A DNA stretch of 64,000 nucleotides from the NCBI GenBank assembly GCA_043228905.1, contig JBHGNT010000004.1, forward strand, positions 21,018,001 to 21,082,000, given 5' to 3'. Below are positions 1 through 12,661 of this stretch, one piece after another. The position numbers and the translations under genes were made by a program. The notes below the pieces were generated by a model. That model was not told the DNA's origin and ran no database searches. It saw only the letters and a program-made list of their open reading frames with translations. The stretch is from Azolla caroliniana. Lineage: Eukaryota > Plantae > Polypodiophyta. Each line of letters opens with the position of its first letter. Positions within the stretch are counted from its first letter, which is position 1.

Positions 1-341
1 AGGAGAGGAAGAGCACCATTGTGGGGGTTGCCTATTTTGAGTGCGAAAGGTATACCACATAGGACGAGCGTTAGGTTTAGGCTTTCTTTCTTCTTCGTCG
101 GATTAGGGTTTCGGGTTTATCATAGTCGTTTGGTGCGGCCTACGCGGCCGCCATTTTGTAATCGGTTTTCGGTTCTAATATATCTTGTTGAGCATTTGGC
201 CTCCATCTTCCTCTTGTTCATTCTTCCTCTTCTTGTGCTAAGCTCCATTCCGAAGTCCTATTCCTTCTCCCCTTCTCCTTAGTCCAAGACCCCCGTGGTT
301 CCGCCCTTCTCCACGCACGCGCGTAACAAACGTGACATCTT

Positions 342-359
342 TGGTGAACCCGACGTGAA
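342..359 (+). promoter_or_regulatory. Primer binding site complementary to the 3' end of plant cytosolic tRNA-Trp
   Basis: TGGTGAACCCGACGTGAA is the reverse complement of ...UUCACGUCGGGUUCACCA. The same PBS occurs at 10748-10765(-), 23675-23692(-), 25160-25177(+) and 33831-33848(-), each 4-5 nt after the LTR end. Confidence 0.9.
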
Positions 360-379
360 GGGCGGCAAGGGAGAAAGAG

Positions 380-3300
380 ATGGAAGAAGGCTTCGACTTC
401 GAGGAGATGATGACAAAGATCTTGATGGACGCCGGACGGAAGAGGGCGAGGCGAGAGGCGGCTCAACAAGCGGTCGAAAGGGTGGTCCGTCTAGTCGGCC
501 GGTTCGATGGGAAGGAGGTCCCAAAATTTTTGAGAGCCTACGATGCGGAAATGACGGGGATGGGCGTGGACGAAGCGACGAGGCTAGAGTTCTTTCGTCG
601 AGCGGCGGCCGCATCAAAGTACGAGGAGGTCAAGGAGCTCCAAGAAGCTCACGAATCGTGGGAGTCCTTTGAAGGGGCTCTAATGGAGGCATACGGGTGC
701 GCGGAATCGGAGGTAAGAGGTCGGCGAGAGTTCGATCGGTGGATGGCGTCGGCGAGGCGCCATCGGAGCGCAATAGAGGCATTCCGAGAGTTCGAGCGTC
801 GTTTCTCTCAACTCTCGGAGTGAGAACGAAGATCGGTGGGGGCGGACAAAGTCCTCCTATTTTTGAAGACGGTCCATCATGAGGAGAGGATGGACATCAT
901 GTTCGAGCTTCAAGACGATTATGGGGCGCATGGTCTCACCGAGGAGTGGCCCGAAGTAGAACGGGTGTGCCGACAACATGATAAGAGGTGGTCGGCCACA
1001 ACACGACCCGCGAGCGGCGGAGAAGAGAGGGCGGTGGGCGGCTACACACCACCGCCGGAAGAGAGCTCGATGCACGACCAACCGGAGGAGTACGACTTCG
1101 AGGCGTTGGTATGGGAGGCGTGCGAGATCGTGACGGCGAAAATCGAGGCCGGAAGGGCGTACGACGGTGACATGGGAGAGGGTGCGGAGCAAGCGACCCT
1201 CTTGCCTTGCGGTGAAGCGACGGCCATGGAGGCCGGTAACTACGGTTTCGGGACACGGTGGCCCGAAACATCGAGTCGGGAGGAGACGAGCGTCGGTCTC
1301 GCGACCTTCCACACACCGGACCTAGAGGCTTCGGCGGTCGGCCCGAGTGCCGGCACGAGACCTAGAGCTACGGACGGTGGCGGCGGCAAGGCGGACAACC
1401 GAGATGAGGACGAGACCGGCGAAGAAGAGGCGGCGGCAAGCATACTCGATGCTTGCGAAACCGAAGACGGGGTAGCCACGGACGACGATGTCCGAATGGA
1501 GGTGGCTACGGACGAGAGGAGTGGTGGTGTCGCGACCTTCCACACACCGGTCCTAGAGACTCCGGCACCCGGCCCGAGAGCCGGCGAGAGGCCTAGAGTG
1601 ACGGGCGGTGGCGGCGGCAAGGCGGGCAACCGAAACGACGACGACATGGGAGAGGGTGCGGAGCGAGCAACCCTCTCGTCTTGCGGCGAATGGACGGCCA
1701 AGGATGAGGCCGGTGACTACAAAGCGGAGAGCGCCACTTCGAAAGTGGGCGGAAGATTCGGGGCACGGCGGCCCAAAACATCGAGCGGAGAGGAGGCGAG
1801 CGGTGGTGCCGCGACCTTCCACACACCGGCCCTAGAGGCTTCGGCGGTCGGCCCGAGTGCCGGCACGAGACCTGGAACGACGGGCGGTGGCGGCGGCAAG
1901 GCGGGCAAACAAAATGATGCGGAGAACGGCGAAGAAGTGGTGGTGGCAAGCATACTAGAGGCTTACGGAATCGGAGATGGGGGAGCCGCGGACAACGACG
2001 TCCGAACGAAAGCGGCTACGGAGACAACAAGCGGCGGTGCCGGGTCCTTACCCACACCAATCCTAGAGGCTCCAATGGCCGGCCCGAGGGCCGGCATGAG
2101 GCTTAGTACGACGGGAGGTGACGGCGGCAAGGCCGGCAACGGAAACGAGAAGGAAGATTGGAGCGGACGGAGGCAAGACCCCTTGACACCGGGGCCGGAG
2201 ACTTCGGCGGTTGTGCTCGAATGCCAACGTGAGACCGGAGAGATAGGCGGCGACCGTGAGGAGGTGAGGCCCGGAGAGAGCGCATACGAAGACGAGTATG
2301 CGGGGCCCGGAATGGGCGTATACGGTGGGTCCGACGGAGAGGACCGGAGCGGAAACGAGGAGAGAGTCGGGAACCGACCCGACCGGAATACGGCACGGAA
2401 GAAGAAGAGAGTAAGGGCCGGCGAACCGGGCCCAAACCGAAGGAAGCCGGCGAGACCGATTGGCCGGTTACGGTTACGGTTACGGTTACGATGGGAGCCG
2501 GTAAGCGCGAGATGGAGGCTAACCGGGCACGACGACCATGGTTCGGGGGAAAAACGGAAACAAACGAGACCCTCCATACCCACTCTAGAGACTACGGCGG
2601 TTGCGGATCAACATAAGACCGGAGAAACGGCGGGTGGCGGCGAGGAGTCGGAGGCCGGAGCGTACGAGGTTACCGGAACGGATATCCGGTACGAGATGGT
2701 GGACGGGTGGGTCCAAGACGGCGAGCCCGTGTCGGAACGGGCTACGGCGACAAAGGAGGAGAAGACCGACACGGAGGTCGGGTCTACGGCGGAAGAGCGA
2801 GACGAGATGCATGCAATACGGCCGATGGAGGGCCAAGAGACAAGCATGCCTACGAAGGAGCCACATCGAGCGACCGAAGATGACGGTCGGATCACGCCTT
2901 CGAGAGGCGAATACGAGGAGGAAGGCGGCGACGACGAGACCTGGCACGATGCTAGGGAAGATTGGTGGGAAGAGGTGGCCTACGGAGAGGCTAAGACCGG
3001 CGGCCACGAAGATAAGGCCCGAGAGGGATCCTCCACACCGGCTATAGAGACTCCGGCGGTCGGCGCGAGTGCCGACGTGAGACCAAGAGTGGCGGACGGT
3101 GGCGGCGAGGGGACGAAGGCCACAACAGATGAAGGCACCGAGAGAGGCGTACGGGAGGTCGCGGAGAACGAAGATGTATGTGCCCAAAAGAACGAACACG
3201 ACATCACGAAGGATGTGTGCGGTCGAGCGGGCCAAGAGGGCCAAGAGGGTGTTCCTCCGAGCGAAACGGAGGTCGGGGAAGAAAGGTACCTTTCCGAAAG

Positions 3301-3967
3301 GGTACGCGAAGAGGAGCGGAATGCGAAACGTGCAATGCGGCCGCATGAGGGCCAAGCAACGAGCACGGGAACGATGGTATGCTCTACGGCGAGAGAGCAC
3401 GGCAAGCAAAGGGGAGGCGAAAAATGCGTGATGGGGTCATCGAAGGACCGAAGCACGAGCACGCATTCGGAGGACGACACCGACATACGGGGAAAGCCTA
3501 CGGAAGGCAAGCGCGGAGCGAGAAGAGTCGGCACGACGAGGTGCGCGGCACGAAAAAGGCGGATCCGGAGGATATGCGAGGCGGACAAAGGGTCGGCAAC
3601 GGCGTTCGGGAGGACCGAACGGGGAGGAAAGCGCGGGCATCGGATATGGCGGTCCGAGTGTAGTCGGTGGTTCGAGGAAACACGGTGGACGTGGCGGATC
3701 AGGTGGAGGCATCGACTCGGCGAGCATCATCGAGTGTGGCGGATCGGATGGGGCCGACGGTTCGAGACCATTCGACGAAGATGGTGGGCCGGAAGGCGAC
3801 GGTGGTTTGTGTGGACGGGGTGGACTTGCTCGAAGTGGAAGACGAAGCCGGGCAAGCCCACGAGGTTGCCAAGGGCTCGGTTGGCCGCCTTGGCCGAAAA
3901 TCTCACGTTTTGTCCCCTTTTGGCACATACCGGTGGATGTGCGGTTAGGTGGGGGCGGATGTCGTGA
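380..3967 (+). CDS. Gag N-terminal/capsid region fused to a ~1000-aa acidic Gly-rich repeat region; one in-frame TGA at 821-823
   Basis: ORFs 380-823 and 836-3967 are in the same frame. The N-terminus (GRFDGKEVPKFLRAY..W.SFE.AL) matches the Gag of elements C, D, E and H. Confidence 0.75.
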
Positions 3968-4635
3968 AGATTTTCGTCCGTAGGCGGAAACCCGAGCGAA
4001 GCAAGCAAACTCGCGATGTGCAACGTTGCACATCAACATGTTGTATTTCTATTTATCGATAGTGATAAGTATGGTGCTAGAAATGTACCTTAGGATTTGT
4101 AAAGTGTAAAGGTGATGTGCTTTTGCGCGCACATCCACGTGAGAGAGAGAGATAGGTACATAGTAGTTCGTGTAGAGGTGGGAGTTAAGACCCATCCTTC
4201 CCACCTCCCCTAAAATCAAGGGAAATATCCCCATTGATTGAAAGGGGATATTTTGTAGCACCCTTTTTGTAAACGGTCTTCTCTCCTTGTGCTATAAAAG
4301 GAGAGGAAGAGCACCATTGTGGGGGTTGCCTATTTTGAGTGCAAAAGGTATACCACATAGGACGAGCGTTAGGTTTAGGCTTTCTTTCTTCTTCGTCGGA
4401 TTAGGGTTTCGGGTTTATCATAGTCGTTTGGTGCGGCCTACGCGGCCGCCATTTTGTAATCGGTTTTCGGTTCTAATATATCTTGTTGAGCATTTGGCCT
4501 CCATCTTCCTCTTGTTCATTCTTCCTCTTCTTGTGCTAAGCTCCATTCCGAAGTCCTATTCCTTCTCCCCTTCTCCTTAGTCCAAGACCCCCGTGGTTCC
4601 GCCCTTCTCCACGCACGCGCGTAACAAACGCGACA
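3960..4635 (+). repeat. 3' LTR of element A (676 bp)
   Basis: TG...CA termini, preceded by PPT, near-identical to 1-337, TATA-like CTATAAAA near 4292. Confidence 0.93.
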
Positions 4636-7154
4636 GCGTGCCACAGAAGAGCTGCATGGAGCCTGCTCGAATGTAGGAGATGTTGAGATTGATCAGCACT
4701 TCTTCGTGCAGGAGACATCCTCGCATCCGGTTATACTCGAGGAACCGTACATTACGGCGGCACGAATGGAGACAAAAGTGTTGAACAACGGTTCGGCATA
4801 TGCACATGTCAAGAGCCAAGATGGGCGTCACTCAGTCCAGTTCCTGACGGTGCGACCGAACCATGAGTGTAACCGCGAGACCCTCGGTGGCGAAAACCGA
4901 GAGGATTTTTAGAGAGGGCTATCAAGGCGTGGGGCCACGATAGTACGGACACCCCGGAAAAACCCCACAGATGTACTATAGGCAAAAAGACTTGTACCAT
5001 AGGTAGGAAATTTTTGTTCTCCGATAGCGGAGATTGTACGATAGTCGGCGTAGTTGGCCAGGAAAAGAAGCGGGCAGAGGAGCGACTTCGGGCATGCGGA
5101 GTCCTCGGCCTTGAAGAGGAAATCAACAGAGCCGTGGAGGCGGACTCTTTCGACAACACCTTGGGGAAGTTACGGGAGGTGTTCGGAGAAGGCCTTAATG
5201 AGAACCGGACGATTCCGGTGTGTTCGGAAAGGATGTACGAAGTCATCGCCGACTTCGGTAATGGATTCGAGTCAGATCGGACGGCTCGAGTGGATACGAA
5301 GTACAAGACTGTGGACCGGAAGGTGAGGCCGGTCGTGGCACCCTTGCCGGAGGGCAGTGAGTTACGGATAAAGGGGGTCGTGTCGGACCCAAGTTTACGA
5401 GATCCGGCCAGCATAGGACACACGTTCACCGGCATAATGCTACGGGAGCTCAAGATCGGTGGGGGTGGCTTTCTACTACCGGCGAAAGAGGACCGGTTTC
5501 AGAGAATGCTTGGGAGGCACGGGAACGCTTTCGCATTCTCACCGGAGGAGATCGGGTGCGTAGACCCGACGGTTGTGGAACTAATGGTGATCTTCACGGT
5601 ACCGCATGTCCCGTGGAATCTCAAACCGGTACCCAGAGCTCACATCCCGAAGTTGATGGAGCTGCTGAAACAGAAGGTGGAGATGGGCATCCTCAAACTG
5701 TCGAGTGCCCCATACTCGAATCGGTGGTTTACCATGCCAAAGAAGAACGACACGTTGCGCTTTATTCAAGACCTACAGCCGGTCAACAAGGTGACCATTC
5801 AGAACGCAGGAATCGGACCGACCATAGACGAGTTCGTGGAGGCCTTCGCCGGAAGGTCGATTTACTCAGTCGGTGATCTGTACTCGGGGTACGATCAGTT
5901 CCAACTAGCCGTGGAGAGCAAGGACATTACGAGGAGGTGAACTCCTCTCGGCCTAGTGCGGATGTGTACCCTCCCGCAAGGAGGGACGAACTCGGTAGCC
6001 CACATGGTGAACGCAATGAACAAAGTGTTGAGGGATTGTATCTCGGGCATCACCATGCCATTTTAGACGACATCCCGATCAAAGGATGCCCGGTGGAGGA
6101 AAAGGACAAGACAATCAGACTGGACGGATGTCGGAAATTCGTGGCGGCTCACATTGATGACTGCGAGAAGGTACTGCAAAGACTAGAAGGCGCGAGGCTC
6201 ATCTTCTCAGGGGAAAAGTCGGCCTTCGGGCAATCGGAGATCATGGTCATCGGACACCTATGCGGGCCATACGGTCGGAAACCGTCTCCGGCCAAGGTGG
6301 AAGCCATCTCCGCGATGAAGCAAGACTGCAATTCAGTTACGAAGGTTCGAAGATTCCTAGGAGCATGTGCGTTCTACCATATCTAGATCCCGCATTACGC
6401 CCACGTCGCGGAGCCGCTCTATGGGTTGCTGAAGAAAGGGCGTAATTTTGAGTGGGGAGACGAGCATATGGAGTCGGTCCGGAAGATGAAAGAAGCACTT
6501 GTCGCGGCACCGACGCTCTGAAACGTTGTCTACGGCAAAGACACTCCGATTTACGTGATTGTAGACACGAGTCCGACCGGAATCGGATGGGTGATGAACC
6601 AAGAGGATGACGATAGCGCGAGGTTCCCCATCCGGTTCGGCGTGAAAGTCCTCAATGAGTGACAGTGAGGATACCCCCAGGTTAAACGCGAACTCTAGGG
6701 TATCGTTTCGGCGGTCAAGGCCGATAAAGACTACCTGATCGGGACAGAGGTGATAATGGAGACGGACTGCCTGCCGATTCTCAACATGGTTTCCGGATGC
6801 GCGACGCCCAGCTTGGAAATGCTTAGGTGGATAGCGTACATCAAGTCCCTGAATCTAGAAATACGACACATTTCCGAAAAGGACAATGTTATGGCCGACA
6901 TGTTTTCGAGAGCGAGGTTCGATGACGAGGACGACATGGTTTCGGAGGACGAGGAAGTCGGCGTGGACTTCGTCGAGACGGCTTGCGTAACAACAAGAAA
7001 GGGGAGCACTCCGGCGCTTAACGAATTCGACGAGAGCAAGTACGACGGGGAGTGCCTCCAGATTGGCGGGTTCCTGAAGACAATGACACTGGATGTGGCG
7101 TGGACGAAGGAAGAGACCAACCGGATTCGGAAGAAAGCGTATCGATTCTTCCTT
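4636..7154 (+). pseudogene. Element B pol fragment (PR end, RT, RNase H), same gypsy lineage; host of element A
   Basis: QHFFVQET..VILEEPY, LRFIQDLQPVN, DLYSGYDQFQL, LDDIPIKG, ETDCLPIL..ADMFSR. Several stops and frameshifts. Confidence 0.9.
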
Positions 7155-10100
7155 TCATGAGTATGTCGTCCAAAAACGGCATGGTGATGTTCCGTATGCA
7201 ATCTCTCAGCACTTTGTTGATAGCGTTCACCATGTGCGCCACCGAGTTGGTCCCTCCTTGCGGCAAGGTACACATCCGCACTAGGCCGAGAGGAGTCTGC
7301 ATCGTAGTAATATCCCTGCTTTCCACGGCTAGTTGGAACTGGTCGTACCTCGAGTATAAATCCCAGACCGAATAGATCGACCTTCCGGTGAAGGCCTCCA
7401 CAAACTCGTCAATGGTCGGCCCGGTACCCGCATTCTGAATGGTCACTCTATTGACCGGTTGCAGATCCTGAATGACGCGCAGCGTGCCATTCTTCTTCGG
7501 CACGGTAAACCACCGATTCGAATACGGGGCACTCGATGGTTTGAGGATGCCCATCTCCACTTTCTGCTTTGACAGCTCCATGAACTTCGGGATATGAGCT
7601 TTGGGTACCAGAATCGGTTTGAGATTCCACGACACATGTGGCACCGTGAATATCACCATCGATTCTACGATTGTCGGGTCTACGCACCCGATCTCCTCTG
7701 GCGAGAATGCGAAGGCTTTCCCGTGCCTCTTGAGCATCCTTCGAAACCGTTCCTCCTCCGCCGGTAGTAGAAACCCACCCCCACCAACCTTGAGCTCCTG
7801 CAACGTTATGTCGGTGAACCGGTGTCCTATGCCGGCTGGATTCCGCAAACTAGGGTCGGACGCGACCCCTTGATCCGCTCCATGATGCCCTCTGGCAAGG
7901 GAGCCGTTGTCGCGGTATTCCGCGGGTATGTGTAAGATCTTAGGTGGGACCGCGGGGGTCTTGGACTAGGGAGACAGATGGTGGAGTCCTTAAGCTTTGT
8001 AGGCTTCGGTCCGGAATCGGCTTCCGGCTTCGACGAATGTAGGGTTCCACAAAAAGACGGTTCACCGCGAATATGGACCCGACTCAAATATGTTACAAGG
8101 AAGATAGATATACACTAACATGAATATATATTACAAGAATTTTACAACAAGACGGTTACATGCCCGAATCCGGTGGCTATTACAAACAATCGGCTAATAC
8201 ATCAAGATAAGAATGGGGGTTTAGTGAAGGCGAGTCAACTGGGCCGCCCGAACCACAACGTCCATCGTTGGTCACGCCCCGAAGACGATGGAGTGTTCCC
8301 GTGCCACTTCGCCCTCCCTTCTCGAACCGGCCGCCATGTGAAACACTCTCCATCGAGGAGAGGAAACTGAACCTCCAAGTGCCGCCACCGGAATGCCGAA
8401 GAGCCGTTGTTGTAGAAACCCCAAACCAAAATACTAACTCGACCAAGAAGAAGGTAAACCCAAAACCCCAAGCTTATGAAACCTAGATCACATAAAGAAA
8501 CCCGAAACCCTAAATCCCCCATAATCTCTCACAAGATGAAGAACGAGACGAAGTACTAAACCTCCACTCAAGAAGAAGGAATCAAACCCATAAGACAAAG
8601 AAGAAGAAGACCCAAAATGAAACCCTAAACGAAATAGGGAGGAAGACTAAAGTAGAAGCCCTAAGAATAAGATGAAGAAGAAGAACACTACCAAACCCTA
8701 AATCTAACGGTATACCCTCCTAACTCAAAATGGGCAACCCCCCTACAAGGGACCTTCCCTCCCTTTTATAGAACAAGGAGAGGGATGTGTTACAATGTGG
8801 GATAAATCCCTTATTACATGGGATCTTCTATCCCGAATTAACTACTGTTCGGCGCCATAATGGCGCCCCTATCATTTACACAATTTGTACAAGGGTGAGT
8901 GCACATGATGCACCCCGCCGATTCTTCCGATATTCCCCGATTTCTCACTATGGCCCGGAATCTTCACGACACCGTGACTAGCCTCACCTCGATTTTTGAG
9001 CCGTGGTCTATCAAAGCCATGACCGGCTCCTGGACATCGCCGATCCAAACAGGGGTCTCTATCGTGGCCCTGGCCCAATGTAACTTCGAATAATGGTTCC
9101 CCGCCAACTCATCCTCTAGGGCCATGTCTTCCAGGTGCGTCGTTCACACCTCCACGGGCTTCTCCGGTTCCAGCTCCGTCGAGAGCCGCTTCGGCCTCAC
9201 CAAGTCCACGATAGAATCGTGGAACTCCTTCTTTGGGATCCCAAGCACTTCCTATAGCGACAGCTCAAGCTTGTTGTCAAGAATCTGCTCCTCTAGGACC
9301 TTCCGTAGGTCCAAGGTTCTTTCAATCTCCGTGCTCAACCGGTAACCGGCTGGCTTGGGTTTGTCTGGCACGCCGGAATTGCCGGCATCGTTCTTCTTCA
9401 GGCCAAACCGGGTCTCGTATCGTTGTGAGGGTCCGGCCCGTCGACCTTACCCGCGCGTTTATCTTCCACTAGAACCTCATAGTTCTGGCATGTGGCTTCC
9501 ACAAAGCCAGTCTTTTCCTCGACCGGATCGTCCCATCCAGTGACCTCCCTGATCCACTGCTCTGCGTGGTCCGCCTCTTCCTCCTTTAGCCGGACCCCGA
9601 AGAGGCCCTTTAGCACCAACGGCCAAAACCCAGAGTCTTTCATCTTCTGATCCTCGTCGCCCCCGACCCAGATCCCCGCCGACACCGAGTAGTGGACGAC
9701 CTCTACGTGTCGCGTCACGGCTTCCTCCATCAACCGCTTCATTCGGCCGCACCCGGTATTAAACTCCAGGGCTTTCCGAGTCTCACTCGCGTGTACTCAC
9801 CCATTCCAGAGGTACACCGCGTTAGTCCTGAGTGCTTCCGGATGTGACCGACTGCGTCACACCCATGCACCGTTGTCCTGCCGGCGGCCTCCAGTCACGA
9901 GATTGTTCACCGATGTCTCTCCGGGCCTGCACAATCTGGAGATCCCGCACCATTTGTGTCAACTCTTCTAGAGCTGATCCCCCGGAGAGTCCCTTGACCG
10001 CATCGGACGAGCCCGCACGCGACGCCATCCAAGTTTGAGTCTCGTCTTTCCTTACCAATACTGGCTCCTCGAACTTCCTTGCCAGGACCAGCCTTGCTGC

Positions 10101-11400
10101 TGGTGATCCCTCACCGCTCCATTCGCGCAGTTTGTCGAAACGACTACAGACTTGTTTTACCACGACCTAGTCTACCGTCAGCCCTTTGTTCGTCTCCAAT
10201 AGGAGACCCACTTTCTCTCTGTCCAACACATCCATCGCTTTGACGAACAGTAGGACCCAGCTCGTGTTGAGCACAATCCGGTCCAGCGCCGACAACCAAG
10301 CGAACCGTTTTTCAAATTCCTGGAGGAGCGCAGACGTGTTCCTCGCCTTTTCGGGGGTCTCCATCCACTCCATGAACTCTTGCTTTGACAGTCGAAGCAA
10401 GTCATCGAGCTTGTATTTCTCGAGGATTCGGCATTCAAACTCTCCCCAGGTCCGGCATCCAGCTTGTACCTTGAGCACCTCTACGTGAATGCCTGGCGTC
10501 GCCACCCGAGGGAAACCGGCCAACGGCCTATCTTCCGGAATGTCCCTCATCACCATTTCGGCCCGGTAGGCCTCCAAATAACTCGTGGTGTTCTTCCCAT
10601 TGAACCGGCCTATCACGCCAACAATCACTTTGATGGCCCTGTCGAGGGCGCCTGTGCCCTCGTGAGCGCTTACTATCTGATCAACCGCTACCGCCCTGGC
10701 TTTGGCGAGCTCCAATCCCTTCATCTTCAACTCCTCTATCACCTTGTTTCACGTCGGGTTCACCAAATATGTCGTGTTGTTTCGCTTTCGTGTATGAATT
10801 AAGGCGGGACCACGGGGGCCCTAAACTGAGGAGCGTGAGAGATGAGAGGGAGAGAGAGTAGCAAAAAACACAGAGAGACAGAAATGAGATAATCAATTCC
10901 AATAACAGTATAGATTACAGAGCTTGCAATGTTACAACCAGCAAGCCGGCGACAGACTCAACACGGACGAACACACGCACTGAAATTCGCAGTGGAGCCT
11001 CTACCGGAAGCACACGGGCTTTCACACAATAGAGACAGCCAACTTAACCCAAAATCCCTGCAGAAGCAACAACAATGGTGGAGGAGAGAGCTTGGTTCCC
11101 AGTCCGACAACACTTCCTCCTCCCCAAAAATGTCTGATCCCTGTATCAGTCTTTTCCCCTCCCTTTTATAGGCCACTGAGGAAGACTGTTACGCCGTCGG
11201 TTACATGCATTTATCCTCTATCCCATCAGACAGAGATTCGCTCGGATTCCCTAGACAATTAATGCGTACTACCTAGTATATTTACATCGGCTGAATCAGA
11301 CCTAGTTATGTACAACTTAATAAATATTGCGGCCATGCATAAGGGTTAGTTCCTGCGTCTTTTCCCACGTTTCCTCCTATGGCCGGTTTTCTCCACGACA
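7150..11400 (-). mobile_element. Element C: 3'-truncated gypsy (5' LTR, PBS-Trp, gag, PR with internal deletion, part of RT)
   Basis: 5' LTR 10770-11400, PBS 10748-10765, gag ORFs 10167-10742, 9822-10163 and 9398-9742, ALIDHGS near 9000, RT ORF 7018-7848. Confidence 0.88.
7908..8971 (-). mobile_element. Solo LTR (tRNA-Trp lineage) inserted in pol of element C
   Basis: TGTCG...CGACA termini and 4-bp TSD CCGT (7904-7907 / 8972-8975). Removing it restores VRLVTAPLPEG. Carries the lineage's U5 motif. Confidence 0.9.
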
Positions 11401-12661
11401 CCAGAATTTTGCCTTGACACATAACATCTTATTAAAACCATTGCATTGTCCAGTATCAGTCACAATAATAGATGGTCGACCCATTGCCTCTAGAAATATA
11501 ACTGAAGAGTCTGAATCAGTTCGTGTAGTTCTTGGTGATTTAGCTTGTGTCATCTCATTCAATATCATACATAGTCCGGAGCATTCGATTGTCCTTGGTC
11601 TACCTTGGTTTGAGCTTCACAACCCCCATATTGACTAGAGAAAATGAGTTATCCTAGAATCCAAGAAAAACCATATATCATATTTCCCTATTGCTTATAA
11701 CCCAAATTTAGAATGTTATCATATCTCAACAATATCTTTGGAAAACTTACACAAAGAGGGAGAGAAAGAAGAAATGTTTATATTTGCGGTAATAACAATG
11801 CCAACACCAACTCAACAAAAGTCGAGTACCTTTCTTCCAACCAAGTATCAAGAATTCCAAGATGTCTTCAATAAGGACAAAGCTGATAGACTCCCAGAAC
11901 ATCAACCTTATGATTGTCTTATTGATTTTCAGCCAGGAAAAGATCCACCGTGGGGACCCATTTATAGTTTATCACCTGCAGAGCTCAAGGTTCTTCGTGA
12001 CTATATCGATGAAAATTTAGCTACTGGATTTATTCGTCATTCCAAATCTCCTGCTGGTGCACCAATATTTTTTGTGAAGAAGAAAGATGGATCGCTTCGT
12101 TTGGTCGTAGATTATCGAGGATTAAACAAAATCACAATTCGAAACAGGTATGCCTTGCCTTTAATACCATCACTTTTGGAGCGGTTGAGTGGAGCCAAAT
12201 AATTTACAAAGATCTATCTTAGAGGTGCTTATAATCTAGTTCGAATTCGTCCGGGTGATGAATGGAAAACTGCATTTCGCACTCGATATGGGCATTTTGA
12301 GTATACAGTTATGTCATTCGGTCTTACAAATGCTCCTGTGGTTTTTCAGCATATGGCCAATGATATTTTCCGAGACTTCTTGGATATATTCACCATCATT
12401 TATTTGGATGATATCTTGATATTTTCCAAGACTCAAGAAGAGCATGATGAGCATGTACGCCAAGTTCTACAATGATTACAAGAATATGGTCTCTATGCTA
12501 AACTTGAGAAATGTAGTTTTGATCGCAACCAAGTGGAATTCCTAGGATACATAGTATCACCAAAAGGAATATCTATGGATCCAGGAAAGGTGCAAACAAT
12601 TCTAGAGTGGGAAACACCTCAATCTGTGCATGATGTCCAGTGTTTCCTGGGATTTGCGAAT

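Larger units (their letters stand above)
1..4635 (+). mobile_element. Element A: non-autonomous (gag-only, no pol) Ty3/gypsy LTR element, tRNA-Trp primed; 5' LTR cut by the window edge
   Basis: 1-337 matches 4299-4635 with about 2 differences. 3' LTR 3960-4635 (TGTCGTG...CGCGACA), PBS 342-359, PPT (AGGTGGGGGCGGA) before 3960. No RT, RNase H or integrase motifs inside. Confidence 0.92.

Noticed and set aside
821-823. Programmed stop-codon readthrough in element A gag
   Set aside because: A CGA>TGA deamination is simpler, the window is full of such changes, and the stop lies in the middle of the capsid-like region.
2464-2490. (CGGTTA)n run resembling a telomere-like repeat
   Set aside because: Only about 4 units, not the plant TTTAGGG repeat. 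A simple in-frame slippage encoding RLRLRL.
857-4039. Numerous overlapping antisense and alternative-frame ORFs in element A
   Set aside because: Expected from GC-rich repetitive sequence with few stops. No recognisable motifs.
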